The notes below the pieces were generated by a model. The model searched no databases, had not been told where the DNA came from, and saw nothing but the letters and a program-made list of their open reading frames with translations. A DNA stretch of 63,486 nucleotides, filler included, from Choristocarpus tenellus KU-1152 (lineage: Eukaryota; Protista; Phaeophyceae): the NCBI GenBank assembly GCA_964200185.2. It is 13 parts of 13 records of this genome, joined end to end, with 100 filler letters (N's around TTAATTAATTAA, not from the genome) between each part and the next. Parts side by side here need not be neighbours in the genome. Positions count along the whole stretch, not along the records: positions 1 to 6,014 come from CAXNAD020009167.1; positions 6,115 to 12,332 come from CAXNAD020008656.1; 11 more parts are not named here. One strand, written 5' to 3'. Position numbers and translations under genes: made by a program. How positions within the stretch are numbered: the stretch's first letter is position 1; each line of letters opens with the position of its first letter. Of this stretch, positions 1 to 12,306 are shown one piece after another.

Positions 1-2413
1 GAATACGAGAATTCCGGTACAAAAGCCTATTTTTTTTAGCATGTCGAAAAAAGCTGTACAAAATTGCATATTTTTCGATTTGATTCATAATATCCGGCCC
101 AAAATAGGGGTTAGGGTTAGATAGGGTACCTACTGTATCTACAAATGTCAACAACAAAATCGATAGTTTGACCACCCAAAAATCCGCATTTGTTGAAACA
201 CATCAACAAACCTAAATTTGTACTTCTTGAAACACATTTTATAACCGTTGTGTCTATATATTTAGAGTTTTGTTCCACCTTTCAAAACACACAGTCTGAC
301 TTCTAACAAATAGTAGTTCCTCCGTAGTCGAAAAATATGACTTTACACATGTTAGATGTCATCCTCTAACGTATGAAGAGAAGAAAAGGCGGTTATTCGC
401 TATTTGAAAGGCTTCCATCCACTCACTTATAAACCTAAGAATAGAATTGTTCAAAAAATCAAGGGAATAGAGAGACCAAACATGATATCCATTCTACTAT
501 TCATTCTTGATATTTGTATGGATGAGTGATCTTAATATACTTATTATTGAAGTGTTTGAGATCTTCTAAATAATATGTTGTAGTTTTTGAGAAAAAAGTG
601 GACATAGCATCCATATCGAAAAGAGTTTTTTCCTAGTACTTTTTGAAGTGTTTGATATATATATATTTGTATGATAGTGCCTCCTCACATTTTGTAGATC
701 TGGGAGAGAAAAAGGCGAATCAATGTTACAACGACTCTCCTAAAAATAACAGTTGCAATTATATGTATCATAGTTGTGTGAAAAATGTTGTGTTCATTTT
801 TGTTGTGGTTAGTGAATGATGACATATGATAATATCGATTTGAACAATCCACCTCATATCGTAGTAGAGACTTCTCCATTTTTCGATTCTAAAATTTGTA
901 TATCGTGTATATATACACTCCTTGATCCACCCTATACTTTCCTGTTCTGGACGCTTCCTCAAACATACCTTAAAACTGCTACTCCATACCCCTTCATGCC
1001 GCGAGTGATGTGTTCACACTTCGGCTCAATGGAGCGTATTGGATCGTTTCTATCCGATGAGAATATCACTTACTATTTCCTGATTTATTTTGGTTCACAT
1101 ATTATACGAAATAACTCCATCATGATTCAACGGGAAAATTGCCCATCACAGGAAACATTTCTTTAATCGTATATTATCACACAAATCTTTCTTTGACGTG
1201 AGAGGTGAGCTCACTTGTTGTCGAAAAGAGGGGAAGAGTTCCAACAATTACATATGAGTACATGAGAAGAGATAGACACTATGAAATCGGAAAGGTAACA
1301 TATTTCTGACCTTATTATTGGCGAGTTATATTAGAGTGTCCGACTCCTTGACTAATGAGAAGGGTCTATATATTTTTACTCTTCCGATTTCATACACCCA
1401 TAGCTTTATGATCTATTTCATTGGTTTCCCCCTGACACATCTGCAAAATGTCAGAGGGCATAATAATAATCTATATATATTTGTTGGAATTCTTATTCTC
1501 GTCCCTCTATTCGTTATTTTAGTATGTATATAAATTCAATAATATAACTGGTGAATGTAATATATACCACAACAATTGTAGTAGTCTTGATTCGTTCATA
1601 ATTTTATCTCAACTCACATTTTGAAGTTGTTTTCATCTGTGTGATCTTTTGGGCTTGTCCTCGAAGCGAATAGGACGATCGGAGGATGAAGGATGAACAA
1701 ACGATCAATATAACTTGTGCATGGTAGATCTTCTAAAACTCGACAATTTCTTTGTGTTGTGATAGCAGACCTCTGTGACGGCATTTGCTTGGTTCTACCT
1801 ATACCCCAAGGTAACTGTAGGTAGTAAAACGCTGGGGGTCAGGTTGTCCCCCTTCTTATCACCGAAAAGTCTGTACCATTTTCCCTGTGGCGAAATAAAC
1901 ACATAACCCTGGTCGTTGATTTGCATCATTGCACACCCTTCTGCTATCCTTTGATATTCCCACCAATGCTCTTATCCTCCCATGCATTTTTTACTCACCC
2001 AGGAATGTCAACCTTCCTCTCCCACCTTCCTCCACACACACTCCATCCACTCAGCACATTCATTGAACTAATGTTCAGACCTTTTTCTTTGGATGGATAT
2101 GTAATCCTCTTTCCAATCCCTCTCTTGAATCCTTTTGCTTGCGTTGTCCTTACTTCTTGGTCATGCCGTTCTTCCTTATCGCGCTTCCTCTCCACCCACA
2201 CCTTGACTTCTCCTCCCACCTAGGGAGCAGGGACGTCTTTCAAGTATTTTTCTCATCTCTCCTTCGATCATTAGTACACTCTCCAATGTGCAATGTGCCA
2301 CGACTACCATCAGGGTGTACGGGAACCTTTGGGTTCAGAGCGAAAACTGCATTGAAATCTGAATCGCCTTTTCAGATGGTATCGTTGTCAACCCCTTTTC
2401 TTCCTACAGACAG

Positions 2414-2530
2414 ATGAGCTTTCGAGCATGCTGCGGACTTCTTGCGGGTTCTAACGATGATCGCGATGATGACTACGACGGTCCGCTGGGTGACCTTCCA
2501 TTGCCCACAACCTCGGCGATGCACTCGAAG
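2414..2530 (+). CDS. PH-domain protein, probable first coding exon (MSFRACCGLLAG...HSK)
   Basis: ATG at 2414; 39 open codons ending at AAG|GCAAGC (GC-type donor consensus), phase 0, matching the next exon. Confidence 0.5.
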
Positions 2531-2765
2531 GCAAGCAACTTATCTACAACAAGCACAGATGTGCTACTGAAACGAAGATAGATTTTCAGAACTGCAGTAG
2601 TCTCACAGCACGCGATATGAATTCTACTGAAATTCCATGTTTTGCGGGCCAGATGTACCGTTTCCAAGAGCACGTTAGCACGGTGTGTAATTTGGCAGGC
2701 TACTTTCTACTCTTGTCTATTCCAAGCATCCCGACCTCTAAGTTGGTGGCAACATGAAATAACAG

Positions 2766-2912
2766 GGACTGGACACAATGACGAGGCATAACCCTCCAAA
2801 TTCGGTACTCACAAGCGCAGACCAGGAGAAGACATACTCAGAGTCGGCAGTATCGGCAGAGAGCGAAGCACCATTTGGGGGAGGGATGTCACTAGTTGTG
2901 AACTCTCAACCT
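2766..2912 (+). CDS. PH-domain protein exon 2 (GLDTMTRHNPP...VNSQP)
   Basis: aacag| acceptor and |gtgagt donor; 147 nt, open, phase 0/0. Confidence 0.65.
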
Positions 2913-3815
2913 GTGAGTATGTTGGCAAGCTGACATGAGGTAACTCGAGATCTGTGGTGTTAGTGCAATTGGTGAAGAGAATTCACTGTGCAAAAGTCAA
3001 TCAACAGTCTTGTTACACTGGTACCAAGTTTGTCAAGGTGTATTTTAAATATTAATTGTAAATCCAGGGCCTAGAGTGTTCCAAAGGAACTGCCAGGGCA
3101 GATCATTATTACCCATGCACAACTAATTTTCTTTTTGCTGTTAAATTATAAGAAATATGAAAGCACAATTTTGAAACCTCAGTAGTTCCCTGTTTTGGTC
3201 TATGCCCCCTCATCCCAAAGTAGAGACAAGTGTACATTATTAGCGTTGTGCATTGCAATTTTGTAGAACAGGCAAACTGGCTAACACGTACAGTTACTGT
3301 ATTTCTTGATTTTTCCAAGCCTTTTCTTAAGGTCATAGGTCCTAAGAAATTACGCGAGAAATTTCTTGGTTTCCATAATGGAAGACCAGGACCTTGTTCA
3401 ATTTCAATTGGTGCATCTTCAAAAATATACAGGTCTCTGTTGTGGATGGATAATTGAGGTGATATGACTATGTCATTGCCACTTGAAACTTTATGATATC
3501 AGTGTATAGTATGCAAAGTATCCTAGAAGCTGAGGGTGAAGGTGTTCGAGGGTAGTTGAGAGAATCGTGGATCAACCACTCTGATGTATCTTGTCTTTTG
3601 CCTATGCACACATGCATCAGTGTCTCCCCCAAATGCATAGGGGTAGAGAAGGTTGGATTTTCCACAATGGTACAATTGTTCCTTATTGTCATAGAATTTT
3701 CCTCTTAGTAACATATTTTTTGCACTGAATGATTTCTTACAGTCGCATCCTTTCCTCCTTCCCCCCTCTTCCCCTCCCTCTCCTCACAAAATATAATCTT
3801 ATCAACATTAACCAG

Positions 3816-4211
3816 GGTTCAGAACTCCTCCCTCCAACCCAGGCAATGTTGGCTGAAGTTCCCATTGTTGATCGGACAGTTGAAGGAATAACAAGATATG
3901 AACAAGCAAGGTTACCTGAAATTGTGTATACTGATGTCGATCGAATAGCGAAAGAAAATGTGAGATCTGAGCAATCAAGCACACAACAGGCAGGGTTGCC
4001 ACCGGAGCCAAAGTGTGAGCCTATGCAGGTGTCACTCACTGTGGATGGAACTGGGCCAAATAAGGTCATTGGGATGGAGGGCCAGAGGGAAGTTGAGAGG
4101 AAAGAGGAAGTTTCAGAAGCCCTATCTCCTGCACAGGAATACAACCTTGTTGGGTTCGTGAACAAACTTAGCAGGGGAGTTCTGGTGACTAAGATCAACC
4201 GGCAGGGCCGA
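3816..4211 (+). CDS. PH-domain protein exon 3 (ends FVNKLSRGVLVTKINRQGR)
   Basis: Pyrimidine tract plus accag| acceptor, |gtgagt donor, 396 nt, phase 0/0. The C-terminal L..G..v.K..r.Gr motif is the start of a PLC-type PH fold. Confidence 0.75.
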
Positions 4212-5058
4212 GTGAGTGCATGAATTTTGTATGTTCTATATATTTGTTTTGGTATTGGTATTGGTATTGGATATGACAGTTTTTAGTATTAAAGAGGTGT
4301 GGGTTGGTGGGTAAGAGTGATTAGAAAGTCTTTGTTCTCAGGCTGGGAGATGAATGAATAATTTTTAAGTTTAGAAGTTGCAGTTGACAGTGGAGGGTAA
4401 TTGACATCCTTCAAAAAGGGGGGGGAAGAACTTGTTTACTTTCCAAAGGGTTCTGACAATACATCAACATTGGCAGAGGGCAATTGGTCAAGAAGTAGGC
4501 GATTGAAAATGACTCTTTGTCAAACCTTGAGTCCAACAATGAATAAAAATTTTATTTTCAGATTTGTATCTTTGGATTTTTCTTATGAATTTGGCAGCAT
4601 GTACGCCACGATAGGTTTTTCTCAACATTCTCTGACTAATCATGAGACATTTGTTGAAATTTTCATTATGTACCATCAACTCTTGAGTGAATTTCTTTAA
4701 CTCCATTTTTCTTTCTGTGATGAGTGTTGATTTTTTCTAGAGAAACAAGGGGAAAAATAACCTGTTCTATTTTTGTTGATACCTGCACTTTCCCAAACAC
4801 AACCCACTAAACTTCACAGTGCCCATCTTTCCTATCCCTGTGTAGGCCCATGCCTCGCCATCACTTGTTCTGCTTGACAGTTGACCTTTCCTTGTCAATG
4901 ACTGGCTGAACCTATCTCATGAATTAGTTTTCTTCGCAATATTGTGTTTTTCTTTCTGCTGGATATTGTGACAAAAATATTTGTCTACAACTGTTGCCTT
5001 TTTTTCCCCTCATTTTTTCTGTGTCTATGGGGGTTGGGGGTGTGGGGGGGTTCACCAG

Positions 5059-5211
5059 TTTGCAGTACGAATGCTCCGCTATGATCCCCCAAACCAGCTA
5101 CTCTGGTGGAATGAGCCTGGTGCACCAGTCGGGGGAGGGGGGCATAAACGGAGCAAGTCTCTTCTATCGTTCAAGAAGGAGAAGCCCCTCAATGTGGCAC
5201 TGCTCGTGGAG
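5059..5211 (+). CDS. PH-domain protein exon 4 (FAVRMLRYDPPNQLLWWNE...LNVALLVE); gene continues past the contig end
   Basis: caccag| acceptor, |gtgtgt donor, 153 nt, phase 0/0. The R.l..d....l.W....l.l..l.e pattern continues the PH domain. Confidence 0.75.
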
Positions 5212-5841
5212 GTGTGTGCTGTGCATTGGTGTGTGGAGTGTTGAATTGGGGCAGTTGGAATGTAGAAATATGGGTTTGCCTATGCACATGTCTTTGGTTT
5301 GGGGTTTGTGATTTCAGTTGGATTATCTCAATGCCGTGACAAAATCAGATTTTGAGGTACTCCCTAGGTGATTCGTATGCCATCACCCCTCTAGTCCCTA
5401 CCTGTTCCCAATCGGTCACTTCAACCTTCACCTTTCCAATTCAGTCCCCCCAGGACTCTTCACTCTATTTTTATCCTTTTGATGTATGGAGTCAAGAAAG
5501 TGGACCAGCCAAGGTTTAAACCAACAGAGATACCTCTGTTCCACCAGGGTCACTAAACTTGCTCAGGACTAGGCAGGGACTAGCGCAGATCACTGAGCTT
5601 GAATGGATAATGTTAGTATATTTTCTATCATGAGAGGGTGAACAAATCTTGAGATGTGATACCAAGATATCCCTTCACGCTTGCTGTGGTTTTTTGGTGG
5701 TGTTCTGTATTCTTGGAGAGACCTAGTTCAATGGTCATTAAGGAAGCTAATTGGTAGGATTTTGCGTTTTATGTACGCTCATGTGCTGCATTGGATGAAA
5801 AGTTTAATTGGTTATGCAATAACTGTGATAGTTGATTCGAA

Positions 5842-6014
5842 GGGTCAAAGTATCTGGGGGGAGGGGTGCCGGCACCCGTTTTTGACCCTGACTTAAAGTA
5901 TGTAGGAGGGGTGGCAGCTGTCCATTTGGGGCCAATTTTTTCATGCCGCGATTTTTGGGCGATTTGGTTCCATATGTTGGATGGATAATGAAAGTGCACT
6001 TTTCCTGGTTTTGG
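5842..6014. mobile_element. GGGTCAAAGTATC MITE end with a poly-G-TIR MITE nested at 5890; truncated by the spacer
   Basis: Matches 53446, 12307 and 37225 (first part) and 19412, 24869 and 54439 (second part). Confidence 0.75.
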
Positions 6015-6114
6015 NNNNNNNNNNNNNNNNNNNNNNNNNNNNNNNNNNNNNNNNNNNNTTAATTAATTAANNNNNNNNNNNNNNNNNNNNNNNNNNNNNN
6101 NNNNNNNNNNNNNN
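6015..6114. other. artificial contig spacer N44-TTAATTAATTAA-N44 (first of 12; others start at 12333, 17287, 22962, 29293, 32833, 37043, 46202, 50020, 53483, 57301, 60391)
   Basis: Identical 100-nt structure with stops in all six frames; genes are cut abruptly at these points. Confidence 0.97.
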
Positions 6115-7114
6115 TCTTTAAGACCGTTTTCGCAAAACAACCATCCTCATAGTCCCGCTCCATCCCCAATTTTGCGAATCCACTGTTGTAGGGTCCCATT
6201 TCAGGTATGGAAAATGGGATCTCAGGCGGATGATTCATAAGGCTCTAAATACGGATAGTCACAAGGTTCACAACACGCCAAGGCCATGAGCATGGGCAAA
6301 CGTCTCTTACCAATGTGATATACATCTGGAAGCAGTCCATCCAACCGTCATGGGTCCGGAGGCAACTAACTGGATAGTGTGTTTGAGGATATGACATTGA
6401 AAGGTCTGGTGGAGTGTAAGTATGAAACTGGTCAGATACGTGCAAGAAGAGGTCATTTTACTGTGTAATGCGAGGAATTGTGTATTTAGTTGTGAGAATG
6501 TACAAGACTCTCATCAACCCTGCTGGAGACATAGGTCATCAACGGCGACCAGTTTGTACACCCCATCTTTTGTGGGTGACCCCTGGTTAAAATCTTTGCG
6601 TATGAAGACCCGTCGCCAAATCTTACTGCTGGGTATATATTGGTAGTGCCATAGGCGATGTGTGATAACCACGGTTTCATAAACACCATTAAGATCTCGT
6701 AGTCCTAGATCTTACATGTTTGTGTTTGTACTTTTTGACTGTTTAATATTTAGTCATCATGACGCTGCATCTTAATTCAGTCCTATTTTTTTACTGCTAT
6801 GAAAGCAATGAAGTCAAAAATCGAAGTGAGAGATACAACATAATCGACGGCAGATACAACATACTCAACAGCACATACCTAATGGCGCCCTCTATGAGCC
6901 TCATCATTCGCCTACAGCAGGCTTGTGGATTGGAGCTACATATCTCATCATGGTAGCCTTCAGAGAGTTTTGTAACACAAATAGAAGGGGAATCTACTCT
7001 GTGCAACAAGGAGACGATGCACCGACCTTCAACAATACCCAGATTCACAGTTTCAAATATATACCCTACATCCGTATGTTCCATCCACATACATAGGGTG
7101 CATGCATGTATATT

Positions 7115-7380
7115 GAGTCAAAGTATCCTAAAGGGGTGGGCCGATATTGTTAAGGGGTCTCTGTGACTGTTATCTGAATTACATTTTGACGTCCCTACAT
7201 CCTCCAGTCCAATGACAAAACATCCAGCCACAAAATCATTTCCTCTAAATCCAGACTCCTGATGGGGGCTATCTGACTTTCGGCATTAAAACAGGGTTCC
7301 ACACATACATGGCATTTAGAAGCAAGCCCCTTAACAAAATGTACTAGTTCCATCCCCCTCTTATGACACTCGTATACCCC
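7115..7380. mobile_element. degenerate MITE related to the AAAGTATC-TIR families
   Basis: Starts GAGTCAAAGTATCC; inverted ttgttaagggg / ccccttaacaa sub-terminal repeats. Confidence 0.5.
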
Positions 7381-8547
7381 AAACGACTGGTTCAAACTGT
7401 AAGTCCTATATATTTGAGTAATATTCAAAATATACAAGAATAAAATACTCTCCACACATCGAACAATTCCCTTGCGGTACTATTTTATTCCATAATAGTA
7501 GTAGTGCTAATCCTGAGCGGTAGTGGTAAGTCTTTATAAAAGTAGCTGTAGTGCTTTGTACGATGTTAGTTTGGTTTGTAGGCATAGGGAAGTCGTGCAA
7601 CTCATTTGATGCTGAAGAAAAAGGACTTGCATCTACTATTCATGGGTGTTTTCTCTTGTGATAAATGTCATTGCATTGATTGAACTTTTGAAGAAAACAA
7701 ATGTATAATTTGTAGTCCAAACTATGTTCTAATGTATAACCCAATGGAAAGTTTGGGCTGTACGAGTGTGGCATCCCAAAATATCGTTCATTGTGACACA
7801 AGAGCAATGACCAAGGCAAGAAAAGGTCAAATTCAGACAACTCAAACACAGCAATAACAGCTGGTACCTACCATATCATGTTCTTATGAGTATAGCTCAA
7901 TGATACTCGTCCTCTGTATGTATGTGTGATACTAAAAAACCATAGAGTACTTCGTAGTAGTACTACTGTATGGACCTCGACTTATCACATCAAATTGCTT
8001 GGCACCTTGAAAGGGAACAAAAAAGGAATATTTTTCACACCAAAGAACAGTGGGAAAAAAGGAATCTCAGGAAAACCGGGAAATGTGGAATCCCATGCAC
8101 ACACCACAACAATAAAATAGTGACGATAAATAAAAGGGTTGAACTCTATCTATAAGAAGACGACACACAACATGCCAAAAAGGAACTGAAACTCCTTTAG
8201 CAACTATATAGCACTACACAACAGCAATATTCACCATCTAATACACTGTGGGGGAACCATGACATACTTACCACAACCCCTCATTCAATCCAAACCTCTG
8301 CACACTTATCTGTGTCACTCCACTCTTCACACAACATAAAACATTTATCCATTGATGTTACACAAGGGGAAGCTACTTTATTCATACCCTCCTCCAAAAA
8401 TCTCAAGCGAGTCCAAACCCAAATCTGAATATAGTAAAAACAACTCAAAATACAGGTAGAAACAGCCAGAGAGTAAGCTCACCCCCCCCCCCTTCTGCTT
8501 TCATAATCACTCAGCAGAATCCAGAGTCCCTTCACGTTGGAAACATA

Positions 8548-9117
8548 TCACGATGGTGCGGCATCAGTACCATCTTCTCCATCTACCCCAAGAAAGAGCA
8601 TGGGTGAGAACTCAAGCACCCGCTGGTACGCCTTTGCTGCAAGGAGACTCGGCACCTCCTGCTCGTGGATGGTGGAGGCCACAATAAGTGCAGAACGTTC
8701 CATGCGTTCAATTGGATTCACATTTGTCTTCAACAGCGTATCCATGACAGTATTATCAAAGCAGTGCGTGGCTGTCACCACCACATGCAGCTGACTGTTG
8801 CCTAGTGGGAGATCACCAGAACGTGACAAGGCGTCAATGAGGTCCATGGCACTATTCTTCTCGCTCCTCCTCTTCTCAAGGCGCAATGCCTCTGTAGTTG
8901 CCTCACGCAGCAGACCCTTACAGGATAGCCTTGACCATACTTCACCAACCGTTATAGTAGTTGGTCGAAGTGCAGAGTCCTTATCCAACACCTCAAACCT
9001 GGCAATACCCAACGGATTTAAGCGGCAATTCATTTCATCAATGGATCGTTGGCATGCTGTGAGAATTGTTGTTCTTATCGTTTTGAATTTGGACACAAAA
9101 TGGTTGGGCTCGATCAT
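8548..9117 (-). CDS. intronless 189-aa hypothetical protein
   Basis: Complete ATG-to-TGA ORF with normal globular composition in otherwise stop-rich DNA; no recognised motif. Confidence 0.45.
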   Translation of the reverse strand: MIEPNHFVSKFKTIRTTILTACQRSIDEMNCRLNPLGIARFEVLDKDSALRPTTITVGEVWSRLSCKGLLREATTEALRLEKRRSEKNSAMDLIDALSRSGDLPLGNSQLHVVVTATHCFDNTVMDTLLKTNVNPIERMERSALIVASTIHEQEVPSLLAAKAYQRVLEFSPMLFLGVDGEDGTDAAPS

Positions 9118-9278
9118 TCATTTTGGTATTAGTTAGTCAGGTAGTACCCTTTCTTCATACCAATACATCCCAGTAACAGCATCACGGAATGACCCTTAGC
9201 AACCATGTCGGAAAGTACAATAAACACTATATAAAAATTATCTTCACAGGATGCGCTTCGTGATCCACTGCAAGGAAA

Positions 9279-10452
9279 TGTACAGTTTGAGTGTAATCAA
9301 AAATCGAAACCGAGTCAGAACTGCACACCAGGGATCGTGTACTGAGATGCGTGCATCAAGAGAAATTTCTTGCCAGCGACAGTGGTATTTTGTGGTGCGT
9401 ATTGCAGGTAAGGTTGGCTTCATGAGGTTTATGCAAAAGAGAGCTACTCAATTAGAGTATTTTGCTTTGTGTGGTATGGATATGTTTATTAGAGGAGTGA
9501 GCACTATCCTCAAGGTGGGGGGTGGTGTTCTCCCTTGTTATCTAATTCATTCGTCATCAAACACGTCAGAAATATGTTTAAACATGTTTGTGACAGTTAC
9601 ACTATGTCAGTCACTTATAAATTCAAGTTACACCACGTCAGTCGCTTATAAGTTCAAGTTACATTACTTCATTCACTTTTATACTATAAACCATATAGAG
9701 TATTAGTCTATATTGCACACTCCCCATGAGCGTGCAGCAAAGTTGCTGACAAANNNNNNNNNNGACAAAGCTCACACTAGACGTGAAAGTACAGAATGCA
9801 CAAAATCAGAAGTAAGACTCTTAAGTAAAGACTTGAAAAAATGTCAGCTAATTGTCTCGACGTTGGAATATATTCTACATGAAATATTCCTTGATCTACA
9901 TACTCTCTTGTACACTTTAACTTTATGTCCACGTGCTTGGTCCTTCCATTGAATCCTGTGATGCTGCTCGCTTGAATAGCACCACGATTATCACAGAACC
10001 AGGGAATCTGTATCTCTAATATGCCAATCTCCCCAAAAGGAAAATGCAGTGACGCACGCCGTATGCCATTGCCGTCCATTCTGCCTCCGAGCTGGAGAGG
10101 GTGACAGCACCTTGAAAATTAGAGCGCCAGGCGATCGGTGATCGGTTGAGCAGGATTATGAACCCTGTAACACTCCTGCGTGTTTGTTGGTCTGTGCCCC
10201 AGTCAGAATCTCCATACCCAACCAGGAGTTCTTCTTCTCTCTCGTTCATATCTTTGTTCCCTCGATCATAGTGAATGCAGATATCCAATGTCCCTGCTAC
10301 GTAGTGCAGAACGTGCTGTAATCCGCGCCAGTGTCGCATGCATGGAGATGCTGCTCTATGCCCCAGTTCACGAGCACTATTAGCCAGGTCTGGTCGAGTC
10401 ATGCCTTATATCGTTCTACTGACCCGTCTGCAGAATACTTGATTTTGAAATC
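9279..10452 (-). mobile_element. Ty1/Copia remnant: internally deleted RT, RNase H, PPT and probable 3' LTR
   Basis: Motifs FKIK..ERYKA, TRPDL, DSDWG..RRSVTG, SSSEAE, CDN.GAI, RTKHVDIK, QLADIF. Purine tract GGGGAG is followed by TGTGCA (9719); the candidate LTR ends TGTACA at 9279. Confidence 0.85.
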
Positions 10453-10748
10453 AGATTGGATCTGTTGCAAGGCCTTGTGTGTTGCCATGCAATATAAGAG
10501 GGGGCCTAGTGGGTCTCCCTGTTGAATCCCAGATCTCGATGGTAGAATCTTTGTCCCTCCTGCGTCTAGGGGGAAAAGAAGATTCCTTGTACTCCCATAT
10601 ACCTTAGAAACATAAGGTAGAAGTCCTGTTAGGGTCTCTGGGAGGGCCCGGATGAAAGCTGAGTGACGCACGCTGTTCAAGGCATTCCTTCCGTCCAAAC
10701 TGATGACCCATTCTCCCTACTCATTCCTTAGGCGGATATACAGGAGTG
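10453..10748 (-). mobile_element. fragment of CRE-like non-LTR reverse transcriptase
   Basis: Reverse-complement near-copy of about 34016-34315 (DGRNA.NS, GIQQGDPLGP). Confidence 0.85.
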
Positions 10749-11069
10749 AATCTCTATCATTTTCGTTCTTAGCTGTACGTCACACTACTTCACCACTGTT
10801 CCACGTTTTTCAGTTACCACTCCACTTCTTTCAGTTGGGGGAGGGTATTAAAACTTAGGCTACTCATTCGATTTGTTTTTGATACAATACAGTATTGTCA
10901 GTATTGTCAGTCCATAATGAACGTTGATTTGTTCATTGCAATGGTCACTTTTCCCATTTACATCATTACAGTGTTGGCAATCGCCTCCTGAATCAACTTT
11001 GTCGTGCCATAACTTTTGATCAACAACGAATTGTTTCATGAATTAATTTGTTGTGATTGATTCAGCATG

Positions 11070-12306
11070 GTTAACCTTATTTGATGGGTCTTGGTTGGTC
11101 AACTTACAGTGATCGAGAGAAATACAGGACCATACTTAAATCAAGTAGTCCGAGCGCGTTTCGCGCGGGGGGTGCCACGAGGCGCGCGCAAAACGCGTAT
11201 TCAAGGATGATATTGACACCAGAAGAGGCCATTATCGCCTAGAGAACATGGGCGTTGTTGTCTCTCCATTCTCTTTCCATTATTTTCCGTTTATGCGATG
11301 TTGTCACCTGCTGAATAAGGCTCACTCATGGGGGCCCAGGCCTCTGAACTAGATACTCCATGCCAAGTCAAATGAGGTATTCTGAAGGCGCAGGCCTCCT
11401 GTGAGACTTGAATGTCTTGTACACCCTGTCCAATTTGGTGCACTCCATGCCTTTCTCATTGGAATATATCAGGTGGTAAGCAATACTAATCCTGAAGAAC
11501 CTCTCCAAAATTACTCTGGACAATTCCCCTTCATCCTTAAGACTGACAAGAATGTTGGCTCTCATTCCAGGCAACGTGTAGTCACAGTGGCCTCATACAT
11601 AGTGTTGCAGGGTGGAAGTCTTAGTAGGACCTCCATGTTACAGCGCGCCCCAGAACTCACCTCCACAGGATGTGTAACTCAAATCCAACGACCTTAAAAT
11701 GACGCTGTGGGGACGTTGCCCTTGGTAACTGTTTATTGGGTGTCAGATATAGCCTTTTCTCTTGATACTCCTCTCAGTGCTTAGCTCAAAGCTCGACTCA
11801 ATGTTTCGTTCAAGATAAAAAAAAATGATCTAAGGGGGGTAATGGATTTGACCAAAAGCCCTCTTACTATTTTCATGATCCACCCAATTTCTTTGGTCTT
11901 CTATGCAACTGATCTATACGCAATCCAATCACAAACCATTATTCTGCAACTTCTTAGGGATTTTGACGTTTTCTTCCATAATATTACATATGCATTACGA
12001 ATCTTACTCTTTCTCTTCTACGAAATCAGCATTTCTTCTGTAAAGCTACCTATGTGTTACTAATCTCGTATATTGTTCGACCTTGTTAGAACGCGAGAAA
12101 CAACGCTTGCACTATTCGCCTGTCACAAATGTTCGTGTTTGCTAAAACATGAGAAGAAATCTCGCGCTATTCGCGTGTAACAAATGCTCGTATTTGTTAG
12201 AACACAAGAAGAAATGCTCGTGCTATTCGCCTGTAACAATAGTGCTTCACCCGCGCCCATATCATCTCTATCGGGTTCAATTCTCAGTGATACTTCGGAA
12301 GCCTCA
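11070..12306. repeat. unclassified interspersed repeat (copy 1), interrupted by a 636-bp insertion
   Basis: 11070-11602 plus 12239-12306 align collinearly with 52435-52995. Confidence 0.8.
11603..12238. mobile_element. 636-bp TGTT...AACA insertion (solo LTR or Ginger-like non-autonomous element) with ATAG TSD
   Basis: Ends TGTTGCAGG / CCTGTAACA; ATAG duplicated at 11599-11602 and 12239-12242; empty site seen at about 52928; ~55-bp x3 tandem near the right end. Confidence 0.75.

Noticed and set aside
6059-6070. TTAATTAATTAA repeated 12 times as a biological site
   Set aside because: Always centred in exactly 44+44 Ns; it is a six-frame-stop assembly linker.
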